Assembly (NCBI RefSeq): GCF_003918875.1
Contig: NW_025764940.1
Span: 186,001-250,000 of the forward strand
Reading direction: 5' to 3'
DNA: 64,000 nucleotides
Source of the DNA: Haliotis rubra
Lineage: Eukaryota
The notes below the pieces were generated by a model. That model was not told the origin of the DNA. It ran no database searches and worked only from the letters and a program-made list of their open reading frames with translations. A program made the position numbers and the translations under genes. Positions 1 to 11,084 of the stretch are shown here, piece after piece. Position 1 is the stretch's first letter; every line of letters starts with the position of its first letter.

Positions 1-1
1 G

Positions 2-202
2 AAACAGGAGGAAGACACACCTTTTCAGGACATAGTCAGTAGAAATAGGCACAACTTGACCGCCCGAGGTCTGGTGTTGGCAAGTGACATCCATGGGATA
101 CTGGAGCTCAATGCTGGGGATCAGCTTCGTGTTGACATATCAAGAGTAACTCAGTCTGGCTACGAGAAGGATTGGTATTACTTTGGACTATACAGGATCT
201 GA
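2..202 (+). CDS. TNF-superfamily ligand paralog 1; 3' part of the last exon only (gene starts left of the window)
   Basis: Frame 2 reads KQEEDTPFQDIVSRNRHNLTARGLVLASDIHGILELNAGDQLRVDISRVTQSGYEKDWYYFGLYRI* (TGA 200-202). It is collinear with the C-termini of the other paralogs (SDIHVLVQLNAGDQL...DWHYFGAYII) and matches the TNF homology domain end motif LxxGDxL...YFG. Confidence 0.88.
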   Translation, partial: KQEEDTPFQDIVSRNRHNLTARGLVLASDIHGILELNAGDQLRVDISRVTQSGYEKDWYYFGLYRI

Positions 203-2169
203 ACTACTTCTTCTTGTTGGCGATTTAATAGGTCGTTTGTTATGAAGGGAACAGATTTTACATGGCTGAATTTTCTCATTGAGGTACATCTGTTATACAA
301 AACAAAACAAATAAAGACAGGCTTAGAGTATATAATGTTTATAGATCATGTTAAAGCTACCTTGAACGTTAGGTTCAACACTGCATGTTATGATCAGTTT
401 TTGTGTCCATCACATGTAAATACTAGTATGGATATGGATAGCAAAAACCTTGATCACCTTGGAAGTCCCGCATGGCATAGCGATTTCCAGAAAAAAAGCA
501 TGTAGTCCAAACTGTGTTTGATGTTTCGTTTTACTCTTGTGTGGTGAATGTTTTACGCATTTTTCCAGAATGAAAACGATGACTTCTTCCTGGAAACAGT
601 ACTCATGCGATTACTCTTAGAGATATATTCTTAAAACATAATATCCTTGGTATAGTCCACTTAAAAGATTACCTATGATATTAGTTCCTGTGGAAGGGGT
701 GCGAGGAAAGGGGCAGAAGTTTGGGTTGGGTGGTGGGTGGGGATGAGTGGTTATTCTTACATAGATACATTTATATCCATCTCTGCTCTACCACTAACAG
801 AGTCTTTACTCCTCTCTCATTATACCTCTCTAATCCCACGTTATTTCGTTCTGGGTTGGGTGTGTTGGTACATAAGCGGACATGGGTGGGGTCATAATTG
901 AATGAATGTTATAATAATCAAGTAATACAACGGCTTTGGAAACTAGAAACGGACAGTACACACATTTGATAGTCTAGGGGAATCAAAACTGTTTCCGCTT
1001 GACAAGCGAACCCGGTGTGCAAATAAGCCATTCACCGCTCCTGCGTTGACAACACACTTAACAGCTCACTGTGACGTCACTGTAACTCTACACAAAGCGA
1101 AGGCAGTAACTGCAGGTCGCATCATAGACTATGCTTAGAAAGCCACTTAATCGATACCTCATTTTTGTTATGAAACATGTTTGAAATTGCAACTTGTCTA
1201 ATATGAACATTACTTGTTAAATAGATCGGGTATTTAATTGTTACGTTTTATTATTTAATTAAAAATGCCTTAAACTCAATAGTGCTTCGGCACAAATGTA
1301 TTCTTGCGCAGCTTTGGACGACGACATATGAAGGTTAGTAAATTCAAATGTGTTCCTAACGTCAGCAAGGAATGAACGTCAGTTGAGAACAGAAAGAAAT
1401 AGTAGTTGTCTCCAAGAACGTTCCTAATTTTGGGAGGGTAGATAATGAGTGATTATTTCTCGAGGGAACGCGGAGATGAAGTAACTATTTTGACCGCCTT
1501 TTTCCTGATATCCAGAGCTAGGGCATAAGCAGAGTCGTGCGCGACTGGCCTGCATTGTTGTTAGTTGTAGTTAGTTGTAGTGTGTGCATACTCATGACGT
1601 CAAACTAACGCACCGGGTGCAGAAAATGAAATCTATATATGCTTTCCATATGTGTCCAATATAACGCATTCATACATATTCATGTATTTATTTTTATAGC
1701 GTGTTTCCTTGATGCAATACGTTTCCTCAATCAAATCAACTTTTTATCCTAGAGCTAAACAGGTTGATATGCCAAATATATGAAGGTTTCGACCATTTTG
1801 TGTTTTACAGTAACCATACAATATCTCAAAAGTAGTACTACATTTATGCTACATGTATGAAACAAAGCTTTGATATTGAATTTCTAACAAGATATATGAC
1901 GACATCTGAATGGGTCATTGAACATGATTTCCGTATTCTGCACCCGAAGCGGGAACTAAACCTCGGCGTCTACGGGAGACGTAATCTATACGTTACCTTT
2001 GTTTGTGTGTTGCTGAATGCCGCACTCAGCAATATTCCAGCAATATGGAGGCAGTCTGTAAATTATCGAATCTGAACCAGACAATCCAGTGATCAACAGC
2101 CCGAGCATCAGTCTGGCCATCCGATCCCGTTAATCGTCTTTTACCACAAGCATGGGTTTCTGAAGACCA

Positions 2170-2427
2170 TCCATGCAGGCAGCAAAAGTAATGTAAGTCC
2201 CCATGGGCCCTAGTATGGTGATCTACCTTCAGTTGTTGGCGATCAGTAGCCCAGATAAAGATATATGCTAGCTAGTTTTAGCTCAATCTGTGATAATCTA
2301 GTGGTTTACTGTCCTTCGTTGACAGGGTTATATATTATATGTATGTATTATGAATTTCGAACTAGTCACGATATGGCTGAAATATTGCCGATGTGACTTT
2401 AAAGCTTAACTTACTCACTCACTCACT
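2170..2427 (+). mobile_element. 3' UTR and tail fragment of the same LINE, inserted into a SINE-B copy
   Basis: Highly similar to 4848-5140; TSD CTGAAGACCA at 2160-2169 and 2428-2437; the host SINE-B fragment is at about 1998-2168 (-). Confidence 0.8.
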
Positions 2428-4459
2428 CTGAAGACCAATCACTGGTCTTCTGCTGAAATTAAACTGTATTCATTTATGGAAAGTTTGACATCAACACCGA
2501 ATAGTTTGGATGTTATGTATCAGTCATTGATTGTGGCTGTTTAGAATGTACAAAACATATGATTTGATGGCATTTCCTTGTCAAAATGTCAAAGAAATAG
2601 TTCCGCGCCCATGTGTTAAAGACTGGTATGATTAACAAGTGACCATTGCTGACAAGCATCTGAGCGTTTAAAAAATAGCATGACCACACATATGTGTTTT
2701 CAAACAGAAAAAATGCACTAGTTAGTGGATTTTGCGTTTTCTAAAGCATGGGTGCATACAGTGCGTGTTTGTCTGCCTGTGCGTGCGAGTTGGTCCATGT
2801 GGGCTGTTTGGATAAGTCAGGGAAAATCCAGTTTTACAGCGGGGATCCAATGAGGTACCATGCCGGAACTTTAAATAGTAGATAATAAATAACCATATAT
2901 TTCTATTATTAATATAAATCACCACAATTCACTGTAAAGTGAATGCATTATTTCTTAAGCGAAGTAGGCATTTCGTTGTTTACAAATATGCATATTGATT
3001 TAATAAATCATTTAATCTACGATCTATGTATGATTCTTAATAACCATAAAGGTTATGTTGAATGCTTCAAGTGAATATAAAACCAATAATTACTGCACAT
3101 ATTGGTTCAGGTACTTTATATATTTACAGAAACCCTAAACTGTTTTACATCTACAGAAAACCTAAACCCATAATTTAAGGATTATATGATTCATGATATG
3201 TCTCATATATACCTTACACGTGACCTCTGTTCACCCAGCAGAAACTATGTACCCGGTGAGATAAGTCATATGACTAGTAACCTTCTAGCGCCCCACAGGC
3301 AGGTTAGCCTATCCGGGATAATAATGTCCCTTATGCTGTATGCGCTTAGAGCATGTTCCAGCGGCGGGATTGCACCGCGGTATGTGTGCCCTCATTGTCA
3401 ATAACATTATACAAGCTGATACAAGCGCGCACTAGGCGTTGTTTGACCTTTAAGTGGGTCAGAGAGAAACAAGGCGATGCAACGTTTACTCGCTTTATTT
3501 TTTACAGAAAAGATCAACATCTCACGTCATTGACGTTAAACACAAGCATGTACTAAATCATTGCATCAACATCGTCAGTATTATGTCCAAAGGAAATTAT
3601 AAGCACAAATGAAGCGAACTATATATCTATTTTTATCTATTGCATCCTTTTTATGGTTACATAAAATTACTGCTGGTCGCAAGCAATATGTGAAACAGGT
3701 AAGGATTTGTCTTTCTAAATTCATTTTGAAACATTCAGAATAATCAATAAATTCTTCTAATCCAGATACACGGTGTACAGAACAATAAGATTTCTCTGTT
3801 CATGGATCCAACAAAGGCTGTGCTGTATGAACAATCAGTTATAAACAGTCGTGTTGCATTGACTGTCAAGTATGTAATCACATATTCCCCGGCAAGTAAG
3901 AAATGTGATAAATTTTATAACAATGGCACAGGAAGTAATTTGATTTCACCATATCAGTTATAAAGCGGCACTATTTCTTGTCGCGCTATCTAGGTTATAT
4001 GCTGCGCAGTTGCAAAACTTGTCACAGGCTAAATAAAGCGGAACTTGTCATAGGCTAAATAAAGAGGCAGGCTGGCATTAAATATGTATGGACTTGGGAA
4101 AAACCAGAAATGTCTAAAAATAGGAGGCGAACCTATTGTGGTGATATGACTCCATGAAAACTATTTCAGTTGTATTAATAGATGTGTATCGATCGTGTGA
4201 ACATTGCGACATTGTGACAGCTGCTACCTAAGACGGATAATGTTGTACTAAACATAGCGCAATTTCGGAATGCCTTTTAGATTTGAATTCGCTCTCCTAT
4301 GTTTAGGTCTCGCGTGGTAGCAGGGACCACATGTTTGCATTGCTGTGGATTCGGGCTTGTTATCGTCAAGTCATTCCTGAACGTAGATCGTGTTCTCTGA
4401 TTGATAAAAGTATTTGAGTGAACGAATGATGAAATATTTGAATTTATAACGTGACGTTC

Positions 4460-5140
4460 AAGCATGTCCTGCTTGACTGTGTTGAGTATTCCATCACAAG
4501 GGATATCTCTTTCAAATAACGAACTATGAAGGATATTTTTAATAATGTCAGTTCTCATTTAATTATTGCATTTTTAAAAGAATTAGATTTGTTAAATGAT
4601 TTGTAAATAGATAAATGGTATTTTAAACTTGGTAGTATAAATTTGCAACTGCGATTGTTAGTTGCTGTATCCTCGTAGGGGGTTAAAGTATCGTGAAATT
4701 ATTGTCCTCTTGAGAGAAGTCCCAAAACTTTCAAAGTTAAATGTTTCCTTACCCGATTTTTTTAAACGTAGTATATTTGTTCCCATTCGGCTAAACTTTT
4801 CCTACAATCGCCAGCGGCTGAAGGGATGGTGTAAATCAAACTAGGGTCCATGCAGGTAGCAACGGCACTGTAAGCCCCATGGATCCTAGTATGGTGATCT
4901 ACCTTCAGTTGTTGGCGATCTATAGCCCATTTTTACATTATATTGTCCAAAAATAATTTTCTACTTTTACAGATATACACTAGCTAGTTTTAACTCAATC
5001 TGTGATAATCTAGTGGTGTTATTGTCCTTCGTTGACAGGGTTTTATATATCATATGTATGTATTATGAATTTAGAACCAGATTTGGTCACGATATGGCTG
5101 AAATTTTGCCGATGTGACTTTCAATCTGAACTCACTCACT
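4460..5140 (+). mobile_element. 5'-truncated LINE (I/Nimb-type): ORF2 C-terminus, 3' UTR and tail
   Basis: Flanked by a 14-bp TSD ATAACGTGACGTTC (4446-4459 / 5141-5154). Starts KHVLLDCVEYSITRD...KDIFNNVSSHLIIAFLKELDL, matching the fragment at 23142-23400. Ends GTCACGATATGGCTGAAATTTTGCCGATGTGAC...(ACTC)n. Confidence 0.85.
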
Positions 5141-5204
5141 ATAACGTGACGTTCGACTCCAAATGACGCAATTAGGGCTGTATCATCACAGTTATTATTA
5201 AATC

Positions 5205-5312
5205 AGGGTCCCGTTCCTCAAAGCAATCGTAGTACTAAGACAGTCGTAACTCACGGCCTTTAAAATAGATTTACGACTGTCGTAGAGCTACGATCGCTTT
5301 GAGGAACGGGGT
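5205..5312. mobile_element. Short palindromic MITE
   Basis: CCCGTTCCTCAAAGCAATCGTAG...CTACGATCGCTTTGAGGAACGGG inverted arms; a related end at about 45195-45224. Confidence 0.6.
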
Positions 5313-5669
5313 GCCGGGAGACTTCCTAATTTCTTGTCATATGTAACTGTTTAGGTGACCCAGTGATGAATAATGCTAATTTTGGAAATAGACTTGGTGT
5401 CGTGTAAAATCGATATTCCCCGTAAAAGACATCCTTACATGTTCACATGTTCATTTGGTGTTTTTGAAGATACATTTGCATCAATCAAATCTATTTAGAC
5501 ACTGACCTGACCGGTAGTCGAGTTATTTTCCTTTGTTAAAACAGGATCATGAGTTCTCTTGAAAGACAAAGACATTTGTATGCTGTTACTTAAAGTGGTG
5601 ATTCTTGTGACCGCTACGCAGATATATAATCAACAATAACCAGCAATTGTACATGACATATTTCTAAAA

Positions 5670-6205
5670 GAGTCCCCGTGGTTCCAATTATGGTGATACC
5701 ACTTCAGTTGCCGGCGATCTGTAGCCCGTCTTTATGCTGTAATGTCCTAAATAGCATGTGCATATATAAATAGCACAATAGCATATATTAACTTACATGC
5801 AAGTCCCTAACTGTGATATACTTGTCGTTTTCTGTCTTACAATACAGTAAACTCCCTGGATCTCGAACTCCAAGGGACCATCAAGACAGGTTCGAGAAAT
5901 CGTGTGATTCGAGATTGAAATACATTGTATATATGCACATTGTGTACATAGTACCACATACATTGAACTTGTATACGACAACGTAGAAAAAAACAAATCT
6001 CTAGTTTCATTCTTTTCACAGTAATCGTCATAATCATCATACACACGCTACATATTTAAAAGCATAAATTATGTGTAAATACAAACTGTATTCTAAAAAT
6101 TTGTTACATGTATATCATCCTAAATTATTTAATTATGGCCTGCTTTTGTCACGATATGGATGAAATATTGCCAAAGTGACTTTAAATTTTAACTCACTCT
6201 CTCAC
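5670..6205 (+). mobile_element. Older LINE 3' UTR copy interrupted by a Tc1/pogo-like MITE end (about 5843-5920)
   Basis: Similarity to 4870-4930 at the start and the same tail at 6148-6205; TACAGTAAACTCCC...TCGAG terminus inside. Confidence 0.5.
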
Positions 6206-6279
6206 TAATAGCTAAATTTGTCGTTTTATGGTTATATGCTAGTTTTATGTGATTAGTTGTTTTACTCTTCTTTGCAAAC

Positions 6280-6449
6280 TGACTGACTGACTGACTTTAG
6301 TTTTACGCCGTTTTTAGCAATATTCCAGCAATATCACGGCGGGGGACACCAGAAATGGGCTTAACACATTGTGACTATGTGGGAAATCGAACCCGGGTCT
6401 TCGGCGAGACGAGCCAACGCTTTAACCACTAGGCTACCCCATCGCCCCT
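6280..6449 (-). mobile_element. tRNA-derived SINE-A, full length
   Basis: A box (TAGCCTAGTGG), B box (GGTTCGATTTCC) and tail CCGCCGTGATATTGCTGGAATATTGCT...GGCGTAAAAC plus microsatellite; TSD TTCTTTGCAAAC at 6268-6279 / 6451-6462. Confidence 0.9.
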
Positions 6450-6632
6450 GTTCTTTGCAAACAGGTAAGTATACTAACATTAGTTTTTATTCATTCATAA
6501 ATTCATACATTTTCATAGTCACGATATGGCTGAAATACTGCCGATGTCACTTTAAATTTAACTCACTCACTCACTATTTTATGTCCAATATCGTTTTAGA
6601 GACAAATGTCCGCACTGGCCAAATGAAACATC

Positions 6633-9094
6633 ATGCGATGGAAGAAAGTCGTTGTGGGCGTTGTGCTCATCCTCAACATAGCTGTGGGAATCGCAGTTAT
6701 TGGTGTTGTGGTGACAATCCAGCAGGAAGGTTATCCCTCTGCCACTCTTCGGAGCACTGCAGATAATTTGAAGAAACACCTCGAAGAAGTACGAATTAAA
6801 AAAAATATATATTGATTAAAATTCTATTAGAGAGAATTATAACCTTTTTATTCAGTCGTAAATGAAATATTGTCGGCTGCATTGAAAGTTTGCTGCAAAC
6901 AGAAGACCTGGACTAAAAACTAGTCTCTGAAATGAACATATTTTACAGACAAAAACACTTCATAATGAAAAATATAATGACAGGGAGCCCTGAGACCATA
7001 CTCTAGACTTGCATGGGCTTTCTTGGATATAGTAAAACTTGTTTCAGGGTCTGTATGACAGACTATCAGAAGACATTACATTAATGATTTGGTTCAATAT
7101 TAATATATTAACTCTAAGTTTCTATTTTTCGTTGTTGTTTGTTCAAAACGAAAGTAAATATAATAAAAGTGATCGTGTGTTATCACTGAGAACTGATGTA
7201 TCTATGAGGCTGAAAATGTATGAAAACAAATGTCGTTTAATCTACAAATGGAACAGCATGTCAATGATAACATAATGATTATTTCAGACTTATGCAGATC
7301 TTCGACAGACCCTGCTTCAACAACCTCCCAGTAAGTGGGTCTATTTTGCCCTAAGCTCGGTTCCTGTGAATGTTAAAGCCATCGCTTACAAAAATGAAAC
7401 ATGCATTATCAAATCTTATTTTCTCATTTATCAACAGAGTTTATCAATATAAACTTTTCATACAAGGTACATGGTATAGTTTTTTGTAGACAAGTGTAAA
7501 GGAATGTGATATTATGAATGTTTCTATTGATACAGGTCCACAACCGATCGCGACACAAGAACACTGGAATATCCTGAAACCTATCGCATTCTTTACGGGA
7601 CTTGAATTTGATATTAACAAGGAAGGTATGTATCTCTCATGTTGTCGACATATTGTTTTCAGGTTAACATCGTTACGTTGCCGGGGAGATGTCTGTCCAG
7701 CATGCTACCATTCAGCAACTATGAGCATCGAGAAATCATTTGTAATCTTGTAAATATGCTCTATTTATATGCCTAACTAGAGCTTTCAAAACATACTGGT
7801 GACATGTTATGGTTGAAATATTATTTCCAAACTTGACTTAACAGTCACAAAAACTGTGTCCAATTCAGTTTCCCCTTTTCGACATTTAGTATTTACACGT
7901 GTTAATAATTGCCTGTATTTCGCCTTGTGTCATCGGTTTGGAAGAACGCGCTCGCGTATTGGCAACACCTGATGCGATCACTATTTGATCTGTTTGTAGT
8001 TTAAATTGCTTGGGATTGTGTACAATGTTCTTGTCACTTCTTATGCAGTAAAGCAAACTTTTAACCAAGGTATCGGGGACCGAAGGAATCGGATTGTTGA
8101 CGTCAAAGGACAAGTGCTTCATCCATGCTTTTCCATGGGTCAACAGTCTGATTAAGTTATTTCTTCTAAATAGAGTTACCATAACTATAAACAGAGGTTT
8201 TGTTTGTTTTTTTATGTGCTCGTACCACACACACAATTCAAATCCTGTCTCACATGTATTGATATTATACGACCGACTCCGTGGTGTACTGGTCAGAGCG
8301 TCCCCCCGGAGAGCGGAAGTTCTCGGGTTCGATCCGGCCGCGTCATACCAAATGACGTTAGAATATGGTACTTGTTGGTCTCTGTCTGGCGCTCGGCATT
8401 AATGGGTACAACAAGGACTGGTAGGCTAGGAGTCAGTATAATGTGTCTGAGTGGGGTATTACTGCAGTATGGTATCTCAGTGAACTAGCACTATAAAACC
8501 AGCTTAATTCTGGGCTAGTACAAGCAGCCACACAGACGCATGCACGTCGTCATATGAGCGAAACAATCTAAAGTACGACGCTAAACCCCATTTCACCTCA
8601 CATGATATTATACATCCTTGGTCACCGCACTTAATCTGTAATACTGACACACTTGTGCCTTCTTAACAGATATGCCTTCATCCACTGCAGTCAGGAACTG
8701 GGTGCCTTTCGTTGCACCAGGAGGCCGGCAGTACTTGTACAATGGTATGAAGTATGAAAACGGGAGTATTGTGGTCCCGGCCGCTGGAATATATGCTATA
8801 TATGCCCATATGAAATTCTACACAGAATACAATCATCGCTCAGATCCCGAGTTAGATTTCCATCACAGCATAATAAGATACAATGCCGCAAATCAACAGC
8901 TGGAAACAGTATCGAGGAACATAGTGACCGAGAACAAGAACGATATCATTGATGGATCAAGTCTGGAATACTCCAGTGATATCCACGTGTTGGTGCAACT
9001 GAACGCTGGTGATCAGTTAATTGTAAATGTGTCGCATTCGGAACAGTTAAAGCCTGACAGGGATTGGCATTATTTCGGAGCTTATATTATTTAA
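6633..9094 (+). CDS. TNF-superfamily ligand paralog 2; type II membrane protein, about 237 aa; exons 6633-6788, 7288-7330, 7536-7625, 8670-9094
   Basis: GT-AG introns with phases 0,1,1 join into one open frame. It contains a TM segment VVVGVVLILNIAVGIAVIGVVVTI, a stalk, strand A LKPIAFFTG, then VRNW...NGMKYENGSIVVPAAGIYAIYAHMKF...LNAGDQLIV...HYFGAYII, which are typical TNF homology domain motifs. Confidence 0.9.
8271..8602 (+). mobile_element. tRNA-derived SINE with a Meta-domain-like core, in intron 3 of TNF paralog 2
   Basis: A and B boxes (TGGTGTACTGG, GGTTCGATCC); core GTCATACCAAA...ATGGTACT...CTGGCGCTCGGCATTAA; TSD TGATATTATAC at 8260-8270 / 8603-8613. The Meta assignment is from memory of the core motif. 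Confidence 0.75.
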
Positions 9095-11084
9095 GGTCAA
9101 TCTCAACACCACAGTGCGCACTGCAAACCCCGGTAACATAAGTTTTACAAGGCGAGAGTTTATGGATGTCAACTTCTTAATTCTGAGGAACCCGACATTT
9201 CGGAGGTTAGGTAATGGAGTAAGGAGAATATATTCCGAAATGTCGTTTTTCTCAAAATAAATAAGTTGACATATTTAAATACTATATAGCCTTTAATGCG
9301 ACTCACTAATGCTGTGCTGTTCAAAGACTTTAACCTAATAGCAGTCATATGCGGATCAAGAAGGGGGGAAGGGGGGGTGCACTCGTGCGCACCCCACTTT
9401 TGTCCTGAGAGTTTGTTCAGTGACCACTGAAACTCGGGTGAAAATGAGGTGTCCACCACCACCCTTTTCTCAATAGTGTGCACCCCCCGCACCACCCCCC
9501 ACCCCCCTTCGCAAAAAGCTGCATCCACCCCTGGTAGTCTTCCTCCCGACCGTGCCCTTAACGGTACTTAACCTTAACCGTCCTATTCAGCCAACAAGGA
9601 GAGTTTTTTGTTCGCTATATCAATATCCAATCTCCAAATAAATCTTTCCAGATAATCGTCAACCCCAGGAGGCATTTAATGCCTCTACAGCAGTCATTTT
9701 GACGACGTCTCGTGTAATCCGCGTCTACCCTGTGATTGCTTCGACGAACTCCTTCTATTTTCCACGAAGGACAAGCAATCCGCGGCCATTTTCCACAACA
9801 GGAAATCGTAAGTATAACGCGTATACATAAACTAGTAATCATTACCTTGAAAGAAATTAGATTCTTAAGTCGAGAATGGAACATCTTTGTGTCAGTATTT
9901 GTACAAAAAGAAGGTAAAAGTTAATGGAGCATGATATAGTAAAACATATGTACAGACACTACACAAACGGGTTAGGAGAAACTGTAGAATCGTGTAAACA
10001 TTTGTGTGTAAAAAATACATAATCGTGTTGTTACGTATACGTATATGTACGCAGGTAAATAAATACATACTCCCGCCCCTCCATGCCTATAAAGTACATG
10101 GGTATATAAGCATACCTTGCATAAGATACATATAGAGAAAGAAAATGTATGCACATATAAAATATACAATAAATACATGAATTTTATGAAATTACATATT
10201 AAGGTAAAAGCAGGTTAAAAGATGGCGCTAAATAGACAAAACAAAGTATACTTATTTACACTCAAAAAGATCTTAAGTTATTTTACTGTTATCTAAAACT
10301 CACCAAACAACTGCACTAATCTCACAACCTGCGCATATACATGTACATTGTAATCGCAGATTCGGCAAAGCTCGTACCGTGACGTAAGATAATGAGTTGC
10401 CTCCGGTTTTTTTGTGTTCGTGGGGGTGGCCCAGTCCATCCAAAGAAGGGCACCTTCAGAATTTCAAGGGTATAAAGGATCCATTCAGCGAAGAGGAAAT
10501 TTCAGATACGGCAAAAATGGTATAAACGGTAAATACTCAACCGCGTACATTTGATACACCTTTTCGATAGTAAAGTCAGCAGAAATCATAAATAATGATG
10601 CGTTAGACATCGCTAATAAAAACAATTAAAAGTTTTTGCTTCGGGAGCTACGCTTTATAGATAAATGACAAAGGGAAAATGCTGTTTGTCAGTTGTTGTT
10701 TTTATAAACATTGTTTATCTGGATATATGTTTATCATCAGTCAAAGATCCTTGGCGGATCCTTGTCTAGGGTTTTTCAAGCAAAAAAACTGTTTTATAGA
10801 GATATACAATTGCACCTAATGAATTGACTAAAGTATTGTCGTTAAAGAAAATAGGTCAGTTGTGGGCTGTGGAATCGGAAGTTCACTGTGGCGCCGGCAC
10901 GTTGAAGAATGACAATGAAAATTAATGGTTTTGAACAAATATGACTTAAACGTTTGTTTGCGGGAACCGGTGGGTTACAATATCAGGCCGTTTCAATCTC
11001 CATCTTGTGGGATCCAGATCTCAAGGAAGTAGGAGCGGGTATGGTTCAGTGTGTAAATCTCACTTAAACAGATCCTAGGTTCTA

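Noticed and set aside
6280-6449. tRNA genes (here and at other SINE heads)
   Set aside because: A and B boxes run into SINE body and tail and are flanked by TSDs; they are SINEs, not tRNAs.
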